Positions 42,901 to 57,900 of a stretch of DNA of 64,000 nt are shown in pieces. The notes beneath the pieces are model-generated. The model did not search any database. It was not told the origin of the DNA and saw only the letters and a program-made list of their open reading frames with translations. This DNA is from Amoebophrya sp. A120 (Eukaryota; Protista; Dinoflagellata): positions 466,969 through 530,968 of the forward strand of contig CAJINV010000004.1 of the NCBI GenBank assembly GCA_905178155.1, in the 5' to 3' direction. The translations under genes were made by a program, and so were the position numbers. Each line of letters starts with the position of its first letter. Position 1 is the first letter of the stretch.

Positions 42901-45900
42901 GCGCCAATTCGAAATTGACTTCACCATTGATGACTCGCTGAACGTTTCGGAGACTTTGAAGGACTCGGATCTGCAACTGGCAGTGCAAGAGGGGACAGTG
43001 GACTTCCTTGTCGACAGAGGAGTAAGCAACTTGACGATCGGTGACATCGACAGCTTCAACCTGACGCTTCTCACAGGCGCGGGAGCTGCGACCGCCGGAA
43101 ACCAAACTTCCTTCTTGATGCTCTTGGAGAACGAGCGAAGGAAGAGGCACAAGAAAGCGTATATTGAAACCCTTGCGGAATTTTCCATCCAAGCGAACCA
43201 GATCGCGAAAGATGCGATCGAAGTCGCATTCCCGTATAACGGGATCAATCAAACCGAAGTTGACGCGCTGCTGAAGTTCATCAACATAACCGTGGGCATC
43301 GCCGGGTTGCCGCCGAAAGTGGTTGTCGGGAAAGTTATCTCGATGCAGGCCCCGACGACAACTACCACGACGACGACGACAACGACCACCACCACTCTGG
43401 GCGTCGAACTCAGGCAGTTCGAAATCGATTTCACCGTCGACAAAACCGTGGTCACGAACACCACGACGCAGGTGTTGCAAAACGCCGATTTGCTGAACGC
43501 GATTGCGGAGGGGAGTTTGGTGTTCTTGAAATCCAACGGCTTGGTCGACTTAACCTCCGTCGCTTACATCGAGAATGCGCAGATCGAGGTCGCGAACGTG
43601 ACGCATTACGACGACGACAAAGTGATTGAAACGGTGGTGACGTTCGGAGTGCGAGGGACTTTGAAAACCAGGGAATCTTTGAACGCAACCGCGTTCCCGG
43701 CGGCGGGTTTACCATCCGATGAGCTCGAGGCCTTAGTCAAACAGGTCAACAACTCCGTTATCGCCGCAAATGTCCCGGGCTTGCAAGTGGGAAAAATTAT
43801 CCCCATGCCGCCACCGACAACCACGACGACAACGACTACCACGACTACTACTCTTGGTCTCGGTCTCCGCCAGTTCGACATCGAGTTCGGGATCAAGGAC
43901 GATTCGAATTTCACGGACGAGGAGTGGATCCTCGACCCAGTTCTGTTGAACGCGACTGCGCAGGGCAGTGTGGATTTTTTACTCTCCCAGGGCATGAACG
44001 TCACGCTCTCGATGATTGAAAACCAAACGCTGACCATCGCAACGGCGAACACGACCATGATGATGGTTTTGTTCGCGGCGGAAAGCACCGGCGAGCAAAC
44101 CGCTTTTGATGCAACTGGTTCCCGGACTACCGGTGTAGCCTCTTCCAGACTGGCTGCGAACATGCAGAAGCGGCAACTGGAAGCGATTTCCAAATTCGGT
44201 GTGCGAGGCAACGCGGAGGAGCTGGCCACGTTGGATTCGGTTTGGAATCCGGGCGGTCTGAATACAAGCCAGATCGTCCTATTGGAAGATTACGTTGACG
44301 CTGCGATCACGGCTGCGGGCCTGACGGACATTCAGGTGGGTCAGATGGTTTCTATGCCGGCGCAGACGACAACCTCGACAAGCACCTCGACGTCTTCGAC
44401 CACAACCAGCACGACCACAAGCACTTCCACCACGACCACGACTCAGCAACTGGTCGAGCGCGAGTTTGACCTTGCGTTCACGGTGGAGGACAGCGTGAAC
44501 AGGACTGATTTATTGACCAGCCAGGTTCTATTGAAAGCAGTCGGGTTGGGAAGCTTAGGCTTTTTAGAAGCGGGCGGTTTGACGCAACTCCAATCGTCGA
44601 ACATTGAGGGCGAAGAATTCACGCTGGTATCTGGCTTGAACGGGACAAAAGATGTTTCCTTCGAGGTCGTCTTCAAATTTGGCGTGCGCGCAGCGGATGA
44701 CGTCTTGCAGGGTATGGATTCTGTTTGGTCTCCGGTGGATTTAAACAACACGCAGCTTCTCGCTTTGGAAGCCGCAGTTTCCGCTACGGTGAGCGCCGCC
44801 GGGATTTCTGGGGTTACGGTTGGAGCCGCGACACCTCTACCAGCTCCGAGCACGACCACCACCACGACTACGACCACCGGGCTGGCCTTGCGGCAGTTTT
44901 TACTGGATTTCAAGGTGGACGTGACTCTTATTCCAGACAAGACGGTTTTGCTATCCGATCCGGACTTGCTGAAAGCCGTGGAACAAGGGACGCTGGAGTT
45001 CATGAAGAACAATGGTTTCAAGAACTTAAGCGGCACAGCGGAGTACTACAACCAGACTTTGGAACTAGCGCCGAATGCTACCTACAATGCTGCCTACCTC
45101 GAAACAGTTTCCAGCTTCGGAATCTTCGGCGACAACGAGACGATGGTCTCGATGGAATCCGCTTTCCCGCCACAGACGCTGACCCTGGCGGAGCAAGCAG
45201 CGCTGCTGCAAGCGATTAACAATTCTGTCGTCAACTTCCCGATTCAAGGCGTGACCGCGGTGAAGGATGCGCCCCTCCCGGCGCCAACCACGACCACAAC
45301 AACGACGACCACCACAACGACGACCACCACGACGACGACCCCCATGCAGACGGTGGAGCGGAAGTTCAAGCTGGATGTGACGATCGACGATTCAGTGACC
45401 AACGCAGCAGATCTGGTCAACAACAACCTCTTCCAAACTGCCGTGACGCAGGGGTCGCTGAACTTCTTGACGACACGAGGGGTATCAGCTTTGACTTTCG
45501 CGATGTTCGAGAACACGACTTTGAGCGTCGTGAACGTGACGACGAGCTTGTTAGAAACCGGGGAGAAGGCGACCTCGTTCTTGCTGCTTGTGGAGAAATC
45601 GAGACGAAAAGTAGCATCGAAGTCCTCGTCGAAAGCGACCCTCTTCGCGGAGCTTTTGTCCACGTTCGAGATCACGGCGGACAGCGATACTTTGGATCTG
45701 ATCGAGGATGCGTGGAACCCGCAGGGCTTGAACCAGACGCAACGCGACGAGTTGGAAGATACCATAGCCAACGCGGTCACTTCCACCGGCATTCAGGGCG
45801 TCCAGATCGGGAAAGTGACTCCCATTGCAGCACCGACGACCACCACGACAACCACCACCACCACGACGATGATGATTGCGAGGAGGCAATTTGAGTTGGA

Positions 45901-48900
45901 TTTCACTTACGACGAGTCGATTGTCACGAACACAAGTCTACTAATGCTCGACACCGATATATTGAACGCGATCGCGAACGGGAGTCACGAATTTTTGACC
46001 AGCAACGGTATGGTGGACTTGAACGGAACCGCGTACATCGACGAGCAAGAGCTGGAACTGATCAACGACACGGACGGCCAGTATCTGGAGACGATTTCCA
46101 GGTTTGGCATCCGGGGGTCCGCGAAAACGATCAACAGCTTGGCAACCGCGTTATGCATTGCAAAAGGATCGTACTAGTATGAATCGCATCACAAGTTTTT
46201 TTTAGAAAAAAAAATGGAATTTGTGATGCTGATTTGGGTACTAGAGGAGGAAATCTGTATATGTAGTGCTGCGATTAGTACGAGCGCCGTAGTTTTGCAG
46301 TGCATAGGCGTGGCCGGGAAGCAACACATCTTTCACGCAAGACGAAGTGGATTGGTTGATGAAAGACTTGAACGCGAGCATTGTCGCGGCCGGAATCCCC
46401 GTAGGACAGTGCACAACTCCCCCTCCCCCTCGTTTGTATTGCATCAACAGCAATACAAACGCCAGCGACCCTGGAGTCTGCGCATGACAAATTTTTTATG
46501 TGCGTACTGGAGTACTGCTTGGGCTACTTTCGAAATTTGTCATGCAAACCTTGCCACAGGGAAGCCAATCGGTGTGCGATTTTGCATGACAAATGAGGGA
46601 GACGGGGAGTTGTGCACTTTCATATCCCGGTGTCAAAGTCGGAAAAATTATTCCGATGAACCCGCCGACAACGACGACTACCACGACGACCGAAGAGCCA
46701 ACGACGACCACGAGTACGACAACGACGACCACAATTGGAACTGCTTACAGGAGGTTTGAACTTGATCTGGTTGTGGACGACGTGATAACAGACGACTCTT
46801 TGATTTCCGATTCGAACTTGCTATCCGCTTTGACGCAGGGGACGTACGACTGGTTGAATGACAATGGCGTCGCGGTCACGTTGGTGCAAATGATCAACTA
46901 CACACTGTCGATTTACAACGCGACTGCCGTGGGGGTAAACACCACTTCCAACACGACTTCGAACACGACCACGACGAACCAAAGCGCTGCTGCCGGTGTT
47001 CCGTTCCTGTTAGATGAGCAGATTATGGAGCAGGCGAAGCAGAACGCAATTGTCCTACTGGCGAAGGGGAGAAAACTACGGGTGACGAAAAAGATGAAAA
47101 CGAAAGTGGTGGAGGTAGAAGCCGACTTCGGCGTCAAAGGAGACCAAGCTTTGATCGACGCGCTGGACCTTGCTTGGGACCCGGCTGGGCTCGACGCTGC
47201 GACCATGGACGACTTGACAGTAAGCTTGTCTGACGCGGTTGCCGCTTCCGGTATCACGTATATCCAGGTGGGCCAGGGCACCGGTTTACCGGCTCCGACC
47301 ACCACGACAACCACCACCACGACCACGACTACCACGGTGACGACGACGACCACGACGACGACCACAACGCTCGCGATTTCTTTGCGGCAGTTCGACCTGA
47401 CATTCACCGTGGACACCGGAATTAACAGAACGGAATTAGTGGAGAAACAGGTTTTGTTAACCGCGGTGGGTTTGGGTGCGTTGGGCTACTTGAACTCCGC
47501 CGGAATGACCGGGCTGGTGTCAGACCAAATCGAGGGAGAGAAGTTCGACATTGTGTCCGGGGAAACTGGTGACGTGGATGAAGCGCTGGAAGTGGTGTTC
47601 CAATTCGGAATCCGAGCGGATAACGACACGTTAGACGAGTTGGAGATCATCTACCCGAGTGCAGGGTTGGCGACCAACCAAACCGATGCGTTAGAAGCGG
47701 CAGTGAACACCGCCGTGATTTCTGCTGCAGTGATATGCAATACAAATTTCCTGTACATGTACAAAATGCATGACAAATTTTACCAAGTTGGAGCACACCG
47801 CTTGTCATGCTGAATAGGATTGGAAGAAAAGTTTGTCATGCGGAAATCACATTTGTACGCGTACGGGAAATTTACTGTGGATAAGTCAACGGCGTGAAGG
47901 TCGGTTTTGTCGCCCCGATGCCAGCGCCGACCACCACGACAACCACGACGACGACTCTGGCTACGGATTCGCGGGAGTTCGATATCGATTTCAAGGTGGA
48001 CAACACCGTGCCGAAGGTCGATTTGGTGAATGACACCTTACTGCTGGAAGCGATTACCGCTGGGACGGCCGGCTTCTTGAACGCGAACGGTTTAGACAAC
48101 AGTACTGGCACGGCGTACTTGGAGACCGGGAAACTACTCTTCCGCCCCAACGCCGACACCAGCGCGACCACGGATTCGCTGGAAGCAACGTTCAGTGTCG
48201 CGGTCCGTGGCGACAACGCGACATCGACTTCGATGGCGACGGCGTTCCCGGAATCCGGGATCATGGCGCAGGTAGAAGTGAACGCGCTCAAAGACACGGT
48301 GAACGGGGAAGTCGTTTCCGCGGGAATCCCGGGGATCATTTCCGTCACTTTCGTGCAGCCCAAAACCGCGCCAACGACCACTACGACCACCACCACCACG
48401 ACGACCACGACAACGACCACCACGACGACCACAACTTTAGGCTTGGCGATGCGCCAGTTTGATCTGGACTTCACGATCGGGGACCAGGTGAACGCGACGC
48501 TGTTAGTGGAGAACCAAGATTTGCTGGATGCGGTTGCCAAGGGAGCATTCAACTATTTGGTGGATCAGGGCATGCAAAACCTGACCATCACTGACATCAA
48601 AGACACGGACTTAGAACTCACTTCCGTGACGCAGGCAGCTGCACAACAAACCAGCTTCTTGGTCTTGATCGAGAAGGCGAGGAAGAAGCAGGGTAGCTCT
48701 GCCTCCTTGAGGAAGGGCACTATGGAAACCATCGCGAAGTTCGGCGTTAGTGGGAATAACGAAACGTTGACACTTTTAGATTCTGTTTGGGATCCGCTTT
48801 CGTTGACCCCACCGCAAGTGGATTTGCTGGAAGACGCCGTGAACAAAACGGTGCTCGCTTCTGGGTTGCAGAATGTTCAAGTTGGGGCGCTGCACTCCAT

Positions 48901-51900
48901 GCCGGCACCGAATACGACGACTTCAACGACGACCACGACGAGCACCACGACGATCCCGCAGGCGGCGAGGCAGTTCGAGATCGACTTCACGGTGGATTTG
49001 AACATTGTCGCTGTGAAACAGGACATTTTGACCGACCAAACATTGCTAGACGCAGTCTCCGACGGCACTTTAGAGTTTTTGAAGTCCAACGGACTGGTGG
49101 ATTTGCAGAACACGGCGAAGATAATCAACCAGACACTGTCCGAAGTTGCCAACCCAACTGTGCAGGCGAATTCGAGCTACTTGGAGACGTTGTCCGAGTT
49201 TATCTTCACCGGCTCTGCCACCGCGGTGAATTCCATCAATACCCAAGCCTGGACGCCTGGGGTTTTGACCTCCGCGGAATTAGACGCTTTGATCGCAGAC
49301 ATTAACAGCACGGTTATCGCCGCGGGTATCCAGGGTGTGAAAGTCGGGAAAATCATTCCCATGACGGCGCCGACAACCACCACAACGACGACCACGGCCA
49401 GCACGACAACCACCACGACGACGAGCACCACGACGACTTTGGAACTGAAATTGCGCTCGTTTAATATCGACTTGACTGTGGACGATGGGTTCGATTTGAA
49501 CGACGTTGTGCAGGATGCGAATTTATTGCAGTCCTTCATCGACGGGTCGTATGACTTCCTCGTTTCCGCGGGTATGACTAATCTGACTAAATCGCAGATC
49601 GAGGACCAAACGCTGACGATTGTGAACAATACGGCGAATAGCAACAACACGAGCTTTTTGCTCTTGGCGAAAGTTCGGCAGGCGATGCGGGATCAAGAAG
49701 TGACTGTGACCTCCACTTTCGGCATCCGGGGCACGCAAGCGACGTTTGACGAATTGGACGTGGCCTGGGACCCGAGCGGTTTGGGGACCGTGGAATTAAG
49801 TGCTCTAGAGCAGTTTCTGACGGATGCGATTTTGGCAAGTGGGATTGTGGAAGTGACCGTTGGGCACCCTGCATCTCTACCCGCGCCGAACACGACAACG
49901 ACGACCTCTACCACGACGACCAGCACAAACACGACTACCTCGACGACAACTTCTACCACGACAACTTCGACGACCACGACGACGACAACGACCATCCCTA
50001 TCGGGCTGCGGCAGTTTGACTTGGGCTTGATCATCGACGACAACAGCATCAACCGCACGGAGCTAACAAATGCAAATATGTCCGGGTCTGGAAGCTTGGA
50101 ACTTGTAATGCTGTCTTTGGACGATTCCAAAAAAATCTGTATTGCATGACCAGCAACAGGAGTCCAGTTTGTGTAACGCGGAGAGGCGGGAACTTCTCAT
50201 GCGGGATAGGCATTAGGAAGCCCTTTCAAAATCTGTGATGCTAGATCATGCATCACAGGCGTCGCGGATCATGCAGAATCTGCATGACAAACCTGGCAAT
50301 CTTCCAGACCCAGACACTTTTGCAATCCATAGGAGCTTGCGGAGAACGACGTATTGGTGACGGCGATTTCCCTTGGTTCCCTCGGCTTCTTGAAAGCCGC
50401 AGGGATGCCAACGCTGAACCAGACCCAGATCGAACAAGAGAAGATCGAAATTGTTGCTGGGGAGACCGGGGACGAGACGGTCACTATGGAGATCGTCTTT
50501 TCCTTCGGGCTCCGCGGCGACAACGCCACGCAGGAATTACTCGACCAAACGTGGAACGAAAACGGCCTGGCTATCCTATGTAAAAACGTCCCCACCCCAT
50601 AGTCAAGATGGGGAATCGGCTAGACAAATCCACAAGTTTTGGCTGTTTTGCATGACAGATTTGGACTCGTAGTGTAGTGCTTTTGAGGTAGTTAAGCAGC
50701 ATCACAGATCCAGTATACAATGCTGATTGGAGCATGAGAAATTTCAAAGCGCGAATAGAAAACGCTTCTCATAGTGCTCCGCATGAGAGACATTCTCAGT
50801 GTGTGCGTGCAGATTTGCACTACAACTAGTATGGGGCTGAGATGTTTTTAAATACGATTCTGGCGGACGCGGATGCGGAGGCGCTGGAATCTGCGGTTTC
50901 TGCCACTGTTTCCGCTTCGGGCATCAACAGCGTTACGGTGGGCGTAGCCAGCGGCATGCCCGCACCGACCACCACCACGACAACTACGACGACGACGGGA
51001 ATCGACACTCGGGAGTTCGAAATCGACTTCACGGTCGATAACGGAATTATCGCGAACAAGTACGACTTGCTGACAGATTTGGATCTGTTGGATGCGGTGG
51101 CGAACGGAACGTTAGGTTTTCTCAAGGCGAACGGGCTGAAGAACCTGACGGGGTCCGCAGAGTTCTTCAACCAGACTTTGACCTTATCCGACAATGACGA
51201 CAACACTAGTACCATGTTCTTAACCGCGATCTCCTCGTTTGGCGTGAAAGGGGACAACGACACGCGGAACAGCATGACCACCGCGTGGAATGAAGTGACG
51301 TTAACGGCTTCGGAAACGAAGGCGCTGACCGACCAGATTGAGTCTGCGGTCCTTTCCGCGGGCATCCCGGGCGTGCAGGTCGGGATTATCACTCCGATCA
51401 CCGTTACCACGACGAGCACCACGACGACAACCACAACGACCACTACCTCAACGACGACCACGTTGGACGTGCTGGAGAGGCAGTTCGACTTGGATTTGAC
51501 GATCGACGACACTATGAACCAGACTCAGCTGATTCAGGACCCAGATTTGCTGGAAGCTGTCAGGGAGGGGTCGTTCAACTTCCTCTTCGACTCCGGTATG
51601 GTGAACTTGACCCTCGACCAGGTCTTCGACCAGACTTTGTCGATCGCTTCCTGGATATCCTGTGCAAAAATATCGTACTCGTATTTTTGCAGTCATGCAT
51701 TACAAATCTTTTTGTCAAGGTAAATCCGCATCACAAATTTTATTTCTCATGCTGAGAAAATTTGTAATGCATTTGTACGAGTGCGATGCTTTTGCAGTGC
51801 ATACCGGACTCCAGGCACGGCGTTCTTGGTCTTACTCGAGCACCAGGTGAAACTGAGACAGCATAGACGAAGACGCGGCAAGCTTGGATTGCTATCGAAG

Positions 51901-54900
51901 TTCAAGGTGAAGGGCGATAACGAGACGTTAGCATTGTTGAACCAAACCTGGTCGCCTTTGGCTTTGACCCCGTCGCAAACGGACTTACTCGAAACCTCGA
52001 TCAACGACACTATCATTGCAGCCGCGATACCGGGGGTCCAAGTGCATTACGTCGTGCCACTACCGGCGCCGCCACCGACGACGACCACAACGACGACGAC
52101 AACCACGACGACAACGACGGTGTTGACGAGGATCCGGGAATTCGCCTTGAATTTCACCGTGGATGATAACTACTTCGCATTCGCAGATAGGTCAACTTTG
52201 TTCTCCAATGCGCAACTGTTGAACGCCGTTGCGGACGGGAGCATGAACTTCTTGAAATCGAACGGATTGGTAGACTTGACGAACTCATATCCACAGTAAA
52301 TTTCCCGCACACGTACAAATGCGATCTCTGCATGGCAAAACTTGTCTTCTTTCCTAGTTTAGCATGAGAAGTTTTACACTCCAAATTGGTGAAATTTGTG
52401 ATGCATCTTGTACATGTACGGGAAATTTGTATTGCATAACTCAGCAATGGTGCAGGACACGGTGCTGAATCCGAAAGGGCAGTCCGTAAAGGAAAACTCG
52501 ACGGACTTGTACTACTTGGGAGCCGTGGCGACGTTCACGGTTAGTGGAACGGAATCCACTTTGAACAGCATCGACAACACCGCCTGGACGCCCGCGAACT
52601 TGACGGAGGTGCAGACAAAAGCGCTGCTCGCGGATGTGAATGCTTCCGTTGTCGGCTCCGGATTACAAGGGATTCAAGTAGGGCAAATCATTCCGATGGT
52701 GGCGCCGACGACTACCACCACGACAACTCCACCAACCACTACGACCACATCCACGACGACAACTTCGACGGGGATGATATGGAGTTCTCAAATGTTACAT
52801 TCTCAACTGTTACATGAATTTGTAATGCAAGACTGGCAAAATTGGAAGGAGGAAGAAGATTGCGCCTTTTGCATTACAAGTTTGGCGCAGATTTAGATGC
52901 TGTCTAGCCCTCCCGAAATTTGTCATGGGAAACAGCTCGATCATCTGCCGGCTTAAGGTGCTTTTGCATGGCAAATTCATGTAACAGTTTAGAATGTAAC
53001 GTTTGAGAGCGCCATAGATGATTCTCCGCGAGTTCAATGTGGAGCTGCAGATCAACGAAACCGTGTTCAGCAAGGACTATTTGGATTCCGATGTGAACCT
53101 CATCGCCGCTCTGGCCTCCGGCGCGTACAATTTCTTCATTTCCGCGACCGTGCCGGACATCATCGAGACAGATTTGAAGGACCGGAAAATCACGATCTTC
53201 TCCGAAGTTTCCGCAGGGACACCTTTGTGGGACATGGACATCATTTACGGTTTCAGCATTTCCGGGAACAACGAAACCTTGACAAACGTGAACGACACCT
53301 GGTCGGATGCGGGTTTGGCCGGGAACCAGGAAGTTGCGCTTCAGTACGCGGTGCAGCAGGCGATCACTGGTAGCGGGTTGCAGGGACTCAAAGTAGGCGC
53401 AGTGACCACCGGCCCCGCGCCGACGACCACCACGTCGACAACCACGACGACGAACACGACGACCACAACGACGACGACATTACCGACAGACATGCGGCGG
53501 TTCGATTTGGACTTCACGATCAATGAGAATGTGGTTGCGGATAAACAAGTTCTGCTCACTGATATGCAAGAAAAAAACTGTGTAAGTGTAAATCTGTGAT
53601 GCAGAAAATGCAAAACAGTAACACTCATCATGCTGCAATTGCGTCATAGGCTACTATCACACGTGTTTCCACCACGTACTAGCTGCGCATGACAGGTCCT
53701 CCCTGTCATGCAAAGCGAATTTGTGATGCTGCTCTTCCTACAGAGTTCACTTACACAGTTTTTTTCCTGGATGGCAGACCAGTCCCTGTTGAAGGCGATC
53801 GCGGAGGGGTCGGTGACCTATTTGACCGCGAACGGGTTTATGAACATCAGCAACGACTTTGAAATCTACAACACGACCCTAACGGAGGATCCGAACGCGA
53901 CCAGCACGCTGACGGCCGACCCAACTGCGCTGGACACGATTTTCAACTTCTACCTCCGCGGTCAACCGGATACCATGAGCGATTTGCCGCTTGCTTGGGA
54001 CGCGAGTGGATTAACGGCTCCACAGTTGAAAGAGTTGACAAATGCGGTGAACGCGTCGGTTATCGCTGCCAGCATTGCGGGCGTCAAGGTCGGAAAGATC
54101 GCACCTTTGGTCACCCCGACGACAACCACCACGACGAGCACAACGACCACAACCAACACGACGACAACCACCACGACGACTTCCACGACGACAACCACCG
54201 GTCGCGGGCAGCGTCAGTTCAACGTGACAATTGTGATCGACTCTACTTTAGATCCGAACACGGACGTCGCGTTGGACCCGAACGTTTTGACTGCGTTCGG
54301 GGAAGCTGAGTACGACTATTTAAGGCAGGCGGGGATGATTTCCCTTATCAAATACAAAAGTCTACTCTGGGTCTGGAAGATTCATTGTGAGATTTGTCAT
54401 GCTGATCTGGCATGTTGGCCCTCAAATCTGTATTGCGTGGCCACAAACAGCCTCTCTCGCCTGTCATGCAAAAACGCAGCTTCTCATGCGGAATACGCAG
54501 CACAGAAGCACGAAGCAACTTGTCATGCTTGGCGGCGCATTACAGTGCATTTGTTATTGACTGACTTGCAACACAAGTTTCCAGACCCAGACATTTTAGC
54601 ATTTCATATCCCTGACCTTCTCGCAAATCGAAAACCAAACAATCACGATAGAATCGATTGTCCTATCGGGTTCCGGCGCCACCTACATCGCGAACGCGGT
54701 GTCCAACTTCGACGTTGTGGGTTCTGCGGACAACCTATCAAATGCAAAAGTGTCTGGGTCTGGAAGGTTGCAACTTGTGATGCTGTCTTTGGAAGGCAAA
54801 AACAATCTGTATTGCATGACCAGCAAGAGGAGTTCAGTTTGTGCTACGCGGAGTGGGCGTTTCTCATGCGGAATACGCATCAGAAGGCCCTGCAAAAATC

Positions 54901-57900
54901 TGTGATGCTAGGTCATGCATTGCAGGCATCATGGGTTATGCAAAATATGCATAACAAACCTGGCACTCTTCCAGACCCAGACACTTTTGCACTTGATACA
55001 ACCTCGCGCAGCTAGACAACGCCTGGTCCCCTATCAAGAAGAAAAATCCCCCCTCCCCATATCAAAACGGAAATCTGTGATGCAGATTTGTGGTCACAAA
55101 TCAGCTTTGCCATGCTAGAACGGAAAAGATGCGGACTGTAGTGGTGGTTGGCGTGGGAAAGGGTTGCATCTTCAGCATGACAGGAGGCAGCTGGAAGCGG
55201 GAAACAGCATGACAAATTGCCTGCAAAGGAGGCCACAGCTGCGACTCTTGGCATTCTAGCATTACATACAAGTCGATTTGTGTACTCAAATACAGCAGCA
55301 CAAATTTGGTTTTCGATATGGCTATGGGGAAGGGGGATTTTTCCTTTCGATATCCCCTCTTGCAAACGGGCTGGACAGCAACATGACCAAGAAGCTCGTC
55401 GATTTGATCGACCAGAAAATCGCTGATGCGGGCATCACCGGGATCGATGTGTCCGACGTTGCGCCGGCACCAGCGCCAACGACAACGACCACCACAACCA
55501 CCACGATGGGGATCAATTTCAGGCAATTCGAGATTTACTTGACCATCAACGACACCATTGACCCGGACCAGCTGATTGTCGACCCGGATTTACTCGCCGC
55601 ACTGCAGCTGGGTGAGTTCAACTACTTAGTTGGGTCCGGGATGACGAATTTGACGCTATCTGACATCGTCAACCAAACGATGGAGATTTCGAAGCTGTCG
55701 AACCAAACAACGTTGATGCTCATCGAGGTCGCGAGAAAGAAGGGGAAGTTAGTCGCAAAAGTGATTTCCAAATTCGGAGTTCTGGGTTACCAGCCGACTT
55801 TGGATCTACTGGACCAGATTTGGGACGCGTCCGGGCTGTCGAATGTGCAACTGGAGGCGCTGAAAAATGAGGTGAAAGCGACCGTGACGAACGCTGCCAT
55901 TATGGATTGCAAATATGTCTGGGTCTGGAAGAATTGGAATTTGTGATGCTGTTTTTGGACTCGAAAAAAAATTGTATTGCATGACCAGCAAGAGGGGTGC
56001 AGTTTTTGCTACACGGACAGGGCATTTTTCATGCGGAAGGTGCATCAGGAAGCCCTCTAAAAGTCTGCGATGCTAGGTCAAGCATAACAGGCATCATGGG
56101 CCATGAGAAATATGCATGACAAATGTTGCACTCTTCCAGACGCAGACACTTTTGCAATCCATAGCCATTCCCGGCGTGCAATTCGGTCAAATCGCGTCGA
56201 TCGCGGCGCCAACAACGACGACATCGACGACGACAACCTCAACCACCACTACAACGACTTACGGAACGGAGTTACGGAGGTTCGATATTGACTTCACCGT
56301 GAACGATAACTACTACCCGATTAAGGGGGACATTCTGGATGAGCCGGATTTGATCGACGCCTTGTACGAAGCGTCTTTGGAATTCTTAACAAACAACGGC
56401 TTCGTCAACACCACCGGCACGACCGTATCAACTGCAAATATGTCTGGGTCTGGAAGATTCTAAACTTGTGATGCTGTCTCTGGATTCGAAAAAAATTTGT
56501 ATTGCTTGACCAGCAAGAGGACTCCAGTTTGTGCTGCGCGGAGAGGGCATTTTTCATGCGGGATAGGCATCGAGAAGTCCTCAAAAAATCTGTGATGCTA
56601 GGTCATGCATAACTGGCGTCATGGATCATGATGCAAAATATGCATGACAAACCTGCCAATCTTCCAGACCCAGACATATGTGCAATGCATAGACCGTCGG
56701 GTTGACCAACTTCACGCTTACCGACCGCTACACCGGGGCGCTGGCGAACACGAGCTATCTAGAGGCGGACGTGGTCTTTGGTATCACCGGCTCGGCCGCA
56801 ACCCAAACCTCTGCGGTCGCCGCGTGGAACCCGCAGAATTTAACCGCGAACGCAACCGCAGAGCTGATTGACTTGATCAAGGACAAGGTGGCTGCGACGG
56901 GCCTGATCGGGTTCGAAGTGGGGAAAATCGTGCCAGTGGCAACCCCGACCACGATATCAAATGTAAAAATGTCTGGGTCTGGAAGATTGGAACTTGTGAT
57001 GCTGCATTTGGATTGCAAAAAAATCTGTATTGCATGAGTAGCAAAGGGAATGTGATTTTTGCTACGCGAAGATGGCATTTGTAATGCGGAATAGGCATCA
57101 AGAAGGCCTCAAAAAATCTGTGATGCTAGGGCACGCATCACAGACATCAAGACTCATGCAAAACCTGCATCACAAATCTTGCATTCTTCCAGACCCAGAC
57201 ATTTTTACAGTTGATACACGACCACAACGACGACCACGACAGTGACCAGCACGACAACGACAGTGCTGAACACCACGACAACGACGACCACAACCCGTTT
57301 GTTTGAGGAGCGCGAATTTGAACTGTATTTAACGATTGACGATACGATCAACACAACGGCTATGGGAGTGTCAGGATTGAAATCGACAAAGTTGAAGTGA
57401 TTTGTCATGCATAAAATGGATGCCAGCTGTCACCCAGTTTTCAAATGGCGCATGACAAATTTGGGTAGAGCCATGCTGTTTGGGTAAGGAAGACGCCTTT
57501 TGCCATGCTGTTTGGGTAAGGAAGACGCCTTTTGCCATGCTGTTTGGGTAAGGAAGACGCCTTTTGCCATGCTACTTTACCAGCTCTGCTGCTACCCCTC
57601 AGCAGGCTTTCTAAAATCTGCCTCCCTTGCCAACTCTGCAAGACAGGCATTTTGTGTGTTGCATTTTATGCATCACAAACTATTTCAACTTTGACGATCT
57701 CAATCCTGACGCTTCCATAACGGCTTTAATGGTGGACCCGAACTTGCTGACCGCTCTGGTCGAGGGAACGTGGTCATTCTTCGATCTGGAGCAGACCAAC
57801 GTCACGATTGACATGTTCCAGGAGGAGAATATCCTGTGCAAAAGTATCGTACTCGTAGTAATCGCAATCATGCATTACAGATTTCCATCTCAAGGTAAAA

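Noticed and set aside
57470-57573. CRISPR-like 32-bp repeats
   Set aside because: Head-to-tail with no spacers, inside an introner, no cas genes.
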